Below, in pieces: positions 1-7,072 of a stretch of 19,370 bases of DNA. Every line of letters begins with the position of its first letter. Position 1 is the stretch's first letter. The position numbers were made by a program, and so were the translations under genes. The DNA lies in NCBI GenBank assembly GCA_964426185.1, contig CAYRPF010000032.1, forward strand, positions 8,962-28,331, in the 5' to 3' direction. A model generated the notes under the pieces. It was given only the letters and a program-made list of their open reading frames with translations, made no database searches and was not told the DNA's origin. Source of the DNA: an uncultured archaeon. Its GTDB lineage: Archaea > Asgardarchaeota > Lokiarchaeia > Sigyniarchaeales > Promethearchaeaceae.

Positions 1-34
1 ATTTCCTTTTTGTTTTCATTTCCTTTTTGTTTTC
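1..34. repeat. Perfect 17-bp tandem duplication (ATTTCCTTTTTGTTTTC x2) spanning the stop codon of the E2-like gene
   Basis: Bases 1-17 are identical to bases 18-34. The array may continue beyond the left window edge. Confidence 0.9.
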
Positions 35-915
35 GATTTTTCTTCTTTTAAGTGCAAAGCTATAATTTGTTCCTCGGTTAAATTTAAAGGTGATTCAAGT
101 TGCTGCGGATTTTCGATAAAATTTTGCAGTATATCCAGTGTTTTACCCCAATAAATGCCGTCTGCAATTCTCTCGTCTAAATTGAAATTTAAATGGATAA
201 CACGATGTACTTCCACTTCTCCCGTTTCCTGATTCACGACAGTATCTCTGTGAATTTTGCCAATAACTGCAAATATGGAAGTTGTTCCCATCTCAAATAA
301 ATGGTGAAATATGGCGTGCATATTTAAACTGCCAAGATGAGCAAGATAAATGGTGGAAAACATTGGTAAATCCTTGGTAATTGAATTTATGGGGAGATTC
401 ATTTTATCCAATTTCCAAACCAATTTGATCAGTAATTTAATGAACCAGCGAGGCATAGAGCCGAAAAACTTTACATCTTTGGCATTTGGGTTTTCTCCTT
501 GCCTAGCATTATAAACTTCTTCATGTAATCGATCGTGGATACTAAATAAGGTATCATTTGGCTGAAAATACAGGGTGGCGTTTACCTCTTCGCCGTCATC
601 GGATTTTTCCCGCTTGACCACAAAGGAAATTTTAATTTGATTTCGTTGCCATAACCTACCACCAGAAACAAACCTATTTGCTCGAGGTCGCAAAAATAAC
701 GTTTGGGCAAGTGCAGTAAGAATTATATCAAATAAGGTGATTTTATCACTACGATTCACGTTTGTTTTCTCTAAATAATTTATAGCATTATCCACATCAA
801 TTTTCATTGGGAATAATGCAAATGAATCATTTCTGCGAGGCATTATATGGAAAGCTAATTCTTGATACTTGCTAATTCCTTTAACTAAGGTGGCATCGGG
901 TCTATGGGGAGCCAT
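16..915 (-). CDS. 2-oxoacid dehydrogenase E2 catalytic-domain-like protein (CAT-like acyltransferase fold), no lipoyl domain
   Basis: 299 aa. Has the E2-like segments 'IDVDNAINYL', 'ITLFDIILTALAQTL..RPRANRF', 'TIYLAHLGS' (cf. TFTISNLG) and C-terminal 'NLDERIADG' (cf. DHRxxDG). No N-terminal lipoyl or E3-binding domain. Confidence 0.8.
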   Translation of the reverse strand: MAPHRPDATLVKGISKYQELAFHIMPRRNDSFALFPMKIDVDNAINYLEKTNVNRSDKITLFDIILTALAQTLFLRPRANRFVSGGRLWQRNQIKISFVVKREKSDDGEEVNATLYFQPNDTLFSIHDRLHEEVYNARQGENPNAKDVKFFGSMPRWFIKLLIKLVWKLDKMNLPINSITKDLPMFSTIYLAHLGSLNMHAIFHHLFEMGTTSIFAVIGKIHRDTVVNQETGEVEVHRVIHLNFNLDERIADGIYWGKTLDILQNFIENPQQLESPLNLTEEQIIALHLKEEKSKTKRK

Positions 916-919
916 AGTG

Positions 920-940
920 TTAATTAGTGATACTAGTTAA
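920..940. promoter_or_regulatory. Imperfect inverted repeat TTAATTAGT-gat-ACTAGTTAA, candidate operator
   Basis: 8 of 9 positions are symmetric with a 3-bp spacer. It lies 5-25 nt upstream of the E2-like start codon. Confidence 0.3.
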
Positions 941-956
941 TCAATTTTTTTTCTTT

Positions 957-3119
957 TTAAGAATGAGAGGCAAACCATCCAGAAATGCGATCGATGAGTG
1001 ATTGCGGAGTGAAGGGTTTGTATAAAACCCCTAGATCATACTCATCCATTGGAGGTAATTTCTTGCCAGAATAACCTGTAATAAACAATACAGATTGATG
1101 TGGATTAATTTCTTTAATTTTATGATAAATCTCGATACCGTTCATTCCAGGTAAATTAATATCTAAAATTACCAATGAAAATTGATCTTTAAAATTTTTA
1201 TACAACTGAAAGCCTTTAAAGCCATTGTCAGCCTCATAATATGAAGCATGATGAAGCTGAATGAATTTTTTTATCACCTTTCTGATATCGTTTTCATCTT
1301 CAATCAATAAAATCGTCAATTTTGATAAATTGTATATCCCTAATTTTCCAGTGTTTTTGCCCTTCTTTGGTTTTGAAAAGATTTTTTCTTTAACTGGCTT
1401 AATGAGAACTGGAAAAACAAGATTAAAGGTGGTTCCTTTTCCTTCTTCACTGGTAAATGAGATGTTACCACCTAAAGAACTAATGAAATTATGGACTATG
1501 GTTAATCCTAAGCCCGTTCCTTTCTGATCCTCTTTCTTGGTGGTAAAGAAAGGATCGTAGATTTTTTCTTGAATTTTTAAGGGAATTCCCTTTCCTGTAT
1601 CTATTATGGAGATCTGGAAATCGTATTCAGAACTGAAGTGTAATTTTAAATAGTGCTGAATTTTAACTTTTTTTAGAATTTCAGAGAGAATTTGGTCATT
1701 AAGAAATTTTGGAATTAAAAAAGTTCTAATTATTATATTTCCTTCTCCAGAAATTGAATCTCGAGCATTAATTAGCAAGTTCATAAACATTTGGTTAAAA
1801 TATGAAGGATCACCAATTAAATAAATCTCATCTGGAATATAATCAGTGGTCAATTTAATCCTTTTATCGATTAATTTTTCAAATGAAGTAAGCACTTCTG
1901 TTAAAAGGCTGTGGATATCAATGATTTGATATTCTACATCTTTTGCTTGAGAAAAGCTCAGTAATTGTTTATTAATATTTTTCGAGTTCTCGATTATTTT
2001 ATTAATATTATCGATATAATCAATGGTTTCCAAAAATAAATCTGAAGTTTGTGCATTTAGAGTTTGTTTTGATTTTTCTTCAATATCCATCAAATTTAAT
2101 TCAATCAGAGAAGTATATCCTTGAATTCCGCTCAGTAAATTGTTAAAATCGTGTGCAATACCGCCAGCAAGTGTTCCTAATGAGTTCAACTTTTGCTTTA
2201 GCATCAATCCTTCCATCAATTTTTGCTTTTCTTCGTTAGTTTTTTGAATTTGCTCTATTTTTTTCTTAATATTTTGTATCAATACTCCAATTACTATGGC
2301 TAAGATTATACCTACAATTAATATGGGAGTATTGTATATATATGAAACTTGTTTTATGAAATCAGTGTTCGGTCGGATTAAGATTTGAATTGGAATTTGG
2401 TATAGTTCGAAACTTTTTACCTTGACAAAATTATCCACTATGGTGAAATTCTCATTATAATTATATATAACCATATCTTGGCTTCTAAAAATCATGGAAT
2501 AGTCTTGAATACCAAGTATACTCTCGTTGCTTTCAAATAATTGATGAAATAAAATCGTAAAATCAAAAACACCATTAATATATCCAGTGATATTTTCTTC
2601 AAAAATTAAAGGAAAATAACTGGTAAATCCATAACCACCTTGATAGAATGGTATAAGTTCAGAAAATCCCACATTGCCCGTAGATTCAGCATAAGCAAAA
2701 GCTTCATTAAATTCATCATTCGCCAGATATCGAATATTTTTTTGAAGAGCACCTAAATTAGTATCATATGGATAAATCCACTGGATTGTTCCATTCCAAT
2801 CAATCCAATTAATAGCCAGAAAACCCGGATTAATTTCATAAAATTTAGGAATCAGGTTTAAGAATCGATTATAGCTATATAACAGGCTTTGGTTGTTGAC
2901 GTTTACCCAAAGTTCTGTTAATAAATTGAGGGATTTAATACGGTTGTCCATTTCGGAAAAAATACTGTCTATAACATCGTTGGCAGCAGTTTCGGTTTGA
3001 TCTTCTAAGTAAAATTGCCGTCTGCTGACATTATTGACCCATAACACGCCATCAAATAGAATAATCGCAGCTACCACCAAAATAACGCTGTATTTATCTA
3101 TTTTTTTTTTCCAAATCAT
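957..3119 (-). CDS. Membrane-bound hybrid sensor histidine kinase (TM-CHASE-like-TM-HisKA-HATPase_c-REC; CckA/NtrB-type H-box)
   Basis: H-box 'GTLAGGIAHDFNNLL', N-box 'NQMFMNLLINARDS', G1 'DTGKGI', F 'DPFFTTK', G2 'GTGLGL'. Receiver motifs 'LLIEDE', 'ILDINLP', 'FITGY', 'YKPF'. CHASE-like 'WIYPYDTN..AL', 'FYQGGYGF..YFP' lie between two TM helices. ATG at 3119 is preferred over the track's TTG at 3146, which directly abuts the TATA-like box. Confidence 0.93.
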   Translation of the reverse strand: MIWKKKIDKYSVILVVAAIILFDGVLWVNNVSRRQFYLEDQTETAANDVIDSIFSEMDNRIKSLNLLTELWVNVNNQSLLYSYNRFLNLIPKFYEINPGFLAINWIDWNGTIQWIYPYDTNLGALQKNIRYLANDEFNEAFAYAESTGNVGFSELIPFYQGGYGFTSYFPLIFEENITGYINGVFDFTILFHQLFESNESILGIQDYSMIFRSQDMVIYNYNENFTIVDNFVKVKSFELYQIPIQILIRPNTDFIKQVSYIYNTPILIVGIILAIVIGVLIQNIKKKIEQIQKTNEEKQKLMEGLMLKQKLNSLGTLAGGIAHDFNNLLSGIQGYTSLIELNLMDIEEKSKQTLNAQTSDLFLETIDYIDNINKIIENSKNINKQLLSFSQAKDVEYQIIDIHSLLTEVLTSFEKLIDKRIKLTTDYIPDEIYLIGDPSYFNQMFMNLLINARDSISGEGNIIIRTFLIPKFLNDQILSEILKKVKIQHYLKLHFSSEYDFQISIIDTGKGIPLKIQEKIYDPFFTTKKEDQKGTGLGLTIVHNFISSLGGNISFTSEEGKGTTFNLVFPVLIKPVKEKIFSKPKKGKNTGKLGIYNLSKLTILLIEDENDIRKVIKKFIQLHHASYYEADNGFKGFQLYKNFKDQFSLVILDINLPGMNGIEIYHKIKEINPHQSVLFITGYSGKKLPPMDEYDLGVLYKPFTPQSLIDRISGWFASHS

Positions 3120-3146
3120 CAATTCTTTACCCCTAAGAAATTTCAA

Positions 3147-3166
3147 TTTATAACATATATATATGT
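3147..3166 (-). promoter_or_regulatory. TATA-like box (TTATAAA, minus strand 3153-3147) for the kinase, with adjacent perfect palindrome ACATATATATATGT (3153-3166)
   Basis: The box lies 28-34 nt upstream of ATG 3119, typical of archaeal leaderless or short-leader promoters. Confidence 0.45.
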
Positions 3167-3180
3167 AAGGAATAGAAGAA

Positions 3181-3260
3181 TTATCAGAATTTTTCCAAAT
3201 TTCTCCAGATTTCTCCAGATTTTACCTGATTTTTTAAATTTTTCTGAATGTTCTGATTAT
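3181..3260. repeat. Degenerate 10-bp-period tandem array (consensus about TTYTCCAGAT), 6-8 units
   Basis: Units: TTATCAGAAT TTTTCCAAAT TTCTCCAGAT TTCTCCAGAT TTTACCTGAT TTTTTAAATT TTTCTGAATG TTCTGATTAT. The array is bracketed by inverted ATCAGAA (3183-3189) and TTCTGAT (3251-3257). Confidence 0.7.
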
Positions 3261-3342
3261 TTTTGCAAATCATGATAGATCCAACAAGAAAATTAATCCA
3301 TTAATATGGTATATTTTAATAATTTTTCACAAAGTATTACTT

Positions 3343-3378
3343 GTTCGCATAAATAAAGAATTATGCAGTTTATCGAAC
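3343..3378 (+). promoter_or_regulatory. Nested inverted repeats upstream of the purine permease (GTTCG-N26-CGAAC; GCATAA-N8-TTATGC)
   Basis: GTTCGcATAAA (3343-3353) can pair with TTTATCGAAC (3369-3378). Alternatively GCATAA (3347-3352) pairs with TTATGC (3361-3366). Confidence 0.45.
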
Positions 3379-3422
3379 GCAATGATGCAATGTATATTTA
3401 AAGCGAAAAAAGTGAAAAATTT

Positions 3423-4829
3423 ATGGCTGAAGTTGAAACGAATACCACCCCTGCAAAACCTGGGGGATTTAAGAAAAAACTAGAAACGTTTTTCAAAATC
3501 AATGAAAACCAAAGCTCCATTAAAACTGAAATTCTAGCTGGAATAACAAGCTTCATGACGATGGCTTATATCATCATTGTAAATCCAACTATATTATCTA
3601 ACGAATATGGTGCTAACCAAGAATTCAGCGCAATCTTGTTCTCCACTGTAATTATCTCATTTTTAATGAGCGTAGTGATGGGATTCCTGTCGAATAATCC
3701 ATACGCAGTAGCACCTGGAATGGGACTAAACGCATACATTTCTTTTTCATTGATTGGTGGTGGAACCTTTACATGGGAGCAAGCTATGGGTGCAATCATT
3801 ATTGCTGGAGCACTTTTAACGATCATGTCTCTTACGCCGATTAGTAGCGGTGTTTTAAAGGCTATACCTAAGAATCTACGCTTTGGATTGGCTGCAGGAA
3901 TTGGAGTATTTCTGGTTTTCATAGGTCTTCATGATTCAAATTTTATAGTTGCGAATGAAGCCACACTGGTTGCGATGAATACTTTTAATTTAGAGATGGG
4001 CTTATTTCTATTTGGGCTTTTATTTACCGCATTACTGATGATCAAAAAAGTTCCTGGCTCTTTTCTAATTGGAATATTTGTTACTTCGATTATAGGAATT
4101 ATATTATCTTTTTCGGGGTTGGGTGTCATGATAGATCCTAGCTTTAATGCAATTTCTTTCAAAGATGAAACTGGAAAGGTAATTTTAATGTCAACCCCGA
4201 ATATAGACACATTTTTCCGCTTTTCATTCAAGGGTTTATGGAAACCAGCTATAATTATTCCAATATTCACGTTAGCCTTTACTGATCTATTCGACAGCGT
4301 ATCGACTTTCCTTGGTGTTTCGGAAGTAGGTGGATTATTGGATGAAGATGGAAATCCCAAGAATTTTAAGGGAACACTAGTCGCAGATAGTTTGACTACA
4401 ATGATGAGCGGATTTTTTGGAACCAGCGATGCAACCACTTATATAGAATCCGCTGCCGGAGTTGAGCAAGGTGGAAGAACAGGTTTAACGGCAATTATTA
4501 CTGGTCTTTGCTTCCTTCCATTTATGTTTTTCAGTCCGCTACTAAAAGCAATTCCTTCCTATGCGACTTCACCAATTTTAATTTTACTTGGTGTTTTAAT
4601 GTTTAAACCTTTAATGGGCATTGATTGGAGCGATTTAGAAGAAGCTTTACCAGCTTTTATCGCAGTAATGATGATTCCGTTCACATATTCAATTACCAAT
4701 GGAATTGTCTTTGGAATCATTATTTATGTATTCATCAAGGTCATCGTAGGAAAGATCAAAGAGATTAATCCATGGTTATGGATCACATTTGTGTTTGCGA
4801 TCTTTGCTTTGATTGCGCCGCTTTTCTAA
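3423..4829 (+). CDS. NCS2 family, AzgA/PbuG-like (COG2252) adenine/guanine/hypoxanthine permease
   Basis: 468 aa, highly hydrophobic. Family motifs 'EILAGITSFMTMAYIIIVNP', 'APGMGLNAY', 'DLFDSVST', 'TTYIESAAGVEQGGRTGLTA', 'IPFTYSITNG'. Confidence 0.95.
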   Translation: MAEVETNTTPAKPGGFKKKLETFFKINENQSSIKTEILAGITSFMTMAYIIIVNPTILSNEYGANQEFSAILFSTVIISFLMSVVMGFLSNNPYAVAPGMGLNAYISFSLIGGGTFTWEQAMGAIIIAGALLTIMSLTPISSGVLKAIPKNLRFGLAAGIGVFLVFIGLHDSNFIVANEATLVAMNTFNLEMGLFLFGLLFTALLMIKKVPGSFLIGIFVTSIIGIILSFSGLGVMIDPSFNAISFKDETGKVILMSTPNIDTFFRFSFKGLWKPAIIIPIFTLAFTDLFDSVSTFLGVSEVGGLLDEDGNPKNFKGTLVADSLTTMMSGFFGTSDATTYIESAAGVEQGGRTGLTAIITGLCFLPFMFFSPLLKAIPSYATSPILILLGVLMFKPLMGIDWSDLEEALPAFIAVMMIPFTYSITNGIVFGIIIYVFIKVIVGKIKEINPWLWITFVFAIFALIAPLF

Positions 4830-4848
4830 AGAGTAAGCTAATGCCCCC

Positions 4849-4882
4849 TTTTTTCCTTTTTTTCGTGACATTTTTTTATTTT
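4849..4882 (+). terminator. Oligo-T (archaeal-type) terminator of the permease
   Basis: T6, T7 and T7 runs begin 20 nt after the stop codon, with no strong hairpin before them. Confidence 0.55.
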
Positions 4883-4884
4883 CC

Positions 4885-4920
4885 TTCTCATATGAGAAAG
4901 TTATTAAATGTTATTAAATG
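4885..4920 (+). promoter_or_regulatory. 14-bp palindrome TTCTCATATGAGAA followed by tandem GTTATTAAAT x2 (duplicated TATA-like box) upstream of the MFS gene
   Basis: Perfect palindrome at 4885-4898 and an exact 10-bp direct repeat at 4900-4909/4910-4919. Confidence 0.45.
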
Positions 4921-4977
4921 GTTTAGAAAAGAAAAGGCTCCCTCAAATAATAAAAATCCATAAACATTGATGTAATT

Positions 4978-6354
4978 ATGGAAAGTAATACCAATTCAGA
5001 GAATTTTGAATACTCAAAAAACTCGGAAAATTCGGAAAATGAAGAAGAAAATATGAAGAAATTCCGCATATATCTTCAGTTTTGGATTGGTCAATTATTC
5101 TCTCTGTTAGGATCAGCCGTGGTTTCTTTTGTTGTTATATGGCAATTATCTGAAATGGACCCGGGAAACAATACAATCATATCAGTTGCATATTTTGCAA
5201 ATTTCTTACCACAGATTATAATATCTCCAATCGCAGGAGTAATCGCGGATAAATGGGATAAAAAGAAGATAATCATAATCAGCGATACAACTCAAGCTCT
5301 ACTCACGATGGTGTTAATTTTATTGTTTTTCTTAAAAATTATTCAGATCTGGCATATTGTTCTATTGATATTTTTGCGAGGGGTATGTCAAGCATTTCAG
5401 AGTCCTGTTGCATTTGCGATAGTGCCCATTCTTGTTCCGAAAGATAAAATGACCCGGATTAATGGATTGAATTTTCTATTGAGTGGGGTTATAAATATAA
5501 TTGCGCCACTTATCGGGGCTTGGCTACTGGTATTTTTAACGATAGAGAAAGTATTATGGGTTGATATCATCACTTTCGCAATTGCTTTTTTTACAATTAT
5601 CCGTATTAAGATTTCATCCAACCATGAGAAGGAACCGCAATCAGATGGAACCATCCATTCAAACAAGATTGTCTTTTTAAAAGAAATTAAAACGGGTTTA
5701 AAAATTGTGAAAGAAATTAAGGGATTGGGTAGCGTTATGCTAATGGCGGTGTTTTTAAATTTCATATTCATGCCTATTGATGCTCTGATGGTTAATTTCA
5801 TTAAAATCGTTCATGATGGAACAAAAGTAGAACTGGGCTATTTCATGGCCGCTTTTCAAGTAGGGATGCTTTTTGGAGCCCTACTTACCACTGTGGTGAA
5901 AAAATGGAAAAACTGGTATGCTTGGATACTTTTTGGATTGATCAGTGAAGGAGTAGCATATTTAATTTTGGGATTAATTCCTAAAGGGATGTTTTTACTA
6001 TTATATCTTGATGCCGTTTTGATGATTTTCATGAATCCCATCGTAAATAGTCTTTTTCAGACAGGTATACAGAGTATTGTTCCCAAAGATAAACTTGGCC
6101 GCATTGTTTCAATTATAATGGTTATGACTAATATTGCGTCCCCCTTGGGATTATTGCTGGCGGGTATTCTTGCCGATACCATTGGTTCGATTCAAGTTAT
6201 TTACGTTGGATGCGGAATTCTCACATTGATAGTCATAGGAATCACCAGTTTCAGCAGAGGTTTTCGAGATTTAACCCTTCACTGCGAGCAAATTGTAAGT
6301 AATGTGTCTTCCCCCCAAATTAGCGAAATACCCGAGATCTCCGAAAAAACTTAA
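4978..6354 (+). CDS. MFS transporter, DHA3/MefA-like (H+ antiporter-3) efflux family
   Basis: About 12 TM. Motifs 'FWIGQLFSLLGS', 'LPQIIISPIAGVIADKWDKKKIII.SD' (motif A), 'FQSP...PILVPKD.MTRING', 'Q..VPKDKLGR'. An alternative start at ATG 5053 follows an acidic low-complexity leader. Confidence 0.92.
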   Translation: MESNTNSENFEYSKNSENSENEEENMKKFRIYLQFWIGQLFSLLGSAVVSFVVIWQLSEMDPGNNTIISVAYFANFLPQIIISPIAGVIADKWDKKKIIIISDTTQALLTMVLILLFFLKIIQIWHIVLLIFLRGVCQAFQSPVAFAIVPILVPKDKMTRINGLNFLLSGVINIIAPLIGAWLLVFLTIEKVLWVDIITFAIAFFTIIRIKISSNHEKEPQSDGTIHSNKIVFLKEIKTGLKIVKEIKGLGSVMLMAVFLNFIFMPIDALMVNFIKIVHDGTKVELGYFMAAFQVGMLFGALLTTVVKKWKNWYAWILFGLISEGVAYLILGLIPKGMFLLLYLDAVLMIFMNPIVNSLFQTGIQSIVPKDKLGRIVSIIMVMTNIASPLGLLLAGILADTIGSIQVIYVGCGILTLIVIGITSFSRGFRDLTLHCEQIVSNVSSPQISEIPEISEKT

Positions 6355-6365
6355 TTTTTTAAGCG

Positions 6366-6395
6366 TATAAATTGTAACGTGTTATTTTTTACAAT
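6366..6395 (+). promoter_or_regulatory. TATAAA box abutting the inverted repeat ATTGTAA-N11-TTACAAT, candidate repressor site
   Basis: TATAAA at 6366-6371. Perfect 7-bp arms at 6371-6377 and 6389-6395, upstream of ATG 6432. Confidence 0.45.
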
Positions 6396-6431
6396 GGTCA
6401 TTTTTTTCTCTGAGAGCTTTATTACTAATTT

Positions 6432-7025
6432 ATGGATTCCTACGATTTACTTCCAGATGCCCCAATTATAAATAAAGGAGAAATTAGTCGATTTTTCCTG
6501 AAGAACGGCATTAGCACATTTCGAAATGCTTGCCTACATATTCATGAAATGCCATATGGTTATAATTCTGATGAAGAGAATAAATGGAGCATATTTGAAG
6601 AGAATAAAGGTTCGTGCACTACCAAACATGGAGTTATTGCCACATTAGCGGAAGAATTGCCAATTTCGGTTAAAAAACATGTGGGAATTTACCGTTTTAC
6701 TGAAGAAATATGTACCGGTGCTCAGGAAATCATCGATAAATACCAAATTCCATACATCCCCATGGTTCACTGCTTTTTGGTTTATGAAGAACATCGTTTT
6801 GATTTAACAGAGGGAAATAAGAACGGAAAAAACGAACCTATTGAAGAATTTATTCACGAAGAGGAAGTAATCCCATTTATAACTCGTAAGGATGAATATT
6901 TGTTATTTAAGAAAATGCTACGGGAAAAAATACTCCCATCCCCGGAAATGAACGGAATTTCTGAAAAAAATCTTCTCAAAGCGCGTGAAGAAGCAATCAA
7001 ATTACTCCACGTCAAAATCGAGTAG
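6432..7025 (+). CDS. Hypothetical protein, transglutaminase-like (Cys-His-Asp) fold candidate
   Basis: 197 aa, soluble. 'MPYG', 'KGSCTTKH' (Cys62), 'MVHCFL' (His113) and 'RFDLT' (Asp124) occur in transglutaminase-like order and spacing. Confidence 0.7.
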   Translation: MDSYDLLPDAPIINKGEISRFFLKNGISTFRNACLHIHEMPYGYNSDEENKWSIFEENKGSCTTKHGVIATLAEELPISVKKHVGIYRFTEEICTGAQEIIDKYQIPYIPMVHCFLVYEEHRFDLTEGNKNGKNEPIEEFIHEEEVIPFITRKDEYLLFKKMLREKILPSPEMNGISEKNLLKAREEAIKLLHVKIE

Positions 7026-7057
7026 AAATCAAATGAATTAGATAAAAACTTCTTCTT

Positions 7058-7072
7058 AAAAAATTAAAAAAA
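7058..7072 (-). terminator. Oligo-T terminator of the beta-propeller gene
   Basis: A6 and A7 runs on the + strand (T runs on the minus strand) lie immediately after the stop at 7073-7075. Confidence 0.4.

Noticed and set aside
3120-3146. TTG start of the kinase given by the ORF track
   Set aside because: It directly abuts the TATA-like box and has no ribosome site. ATG 3119 fits promoter spacing better.
3181-3260. Repeat array considered as a CRISPR or iteron/origin
   Set aside because: Units are 10 bp with no spacers, and no cas, rep or cdc6/orc1 gene is nearby.
3291-3335. TAATCCATTAATATGG upstream of the purine permease resembles the P2/L2 of a purine riboswitch
   Set aside because: The GTTTCTACC junction, the P3 loop (CCGTAAA-like) and a P1 stem are all missing.
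1261-6041. Track ORFs 1261-1527, 3566-3922, 3929-4438, 4772-4963, 5091-5276, 5397-5801 and 5856-6041
   Set aside because: They are antisense or overlapping shadows of well-supported genes or terminator sequence, with no recognisable motifs.
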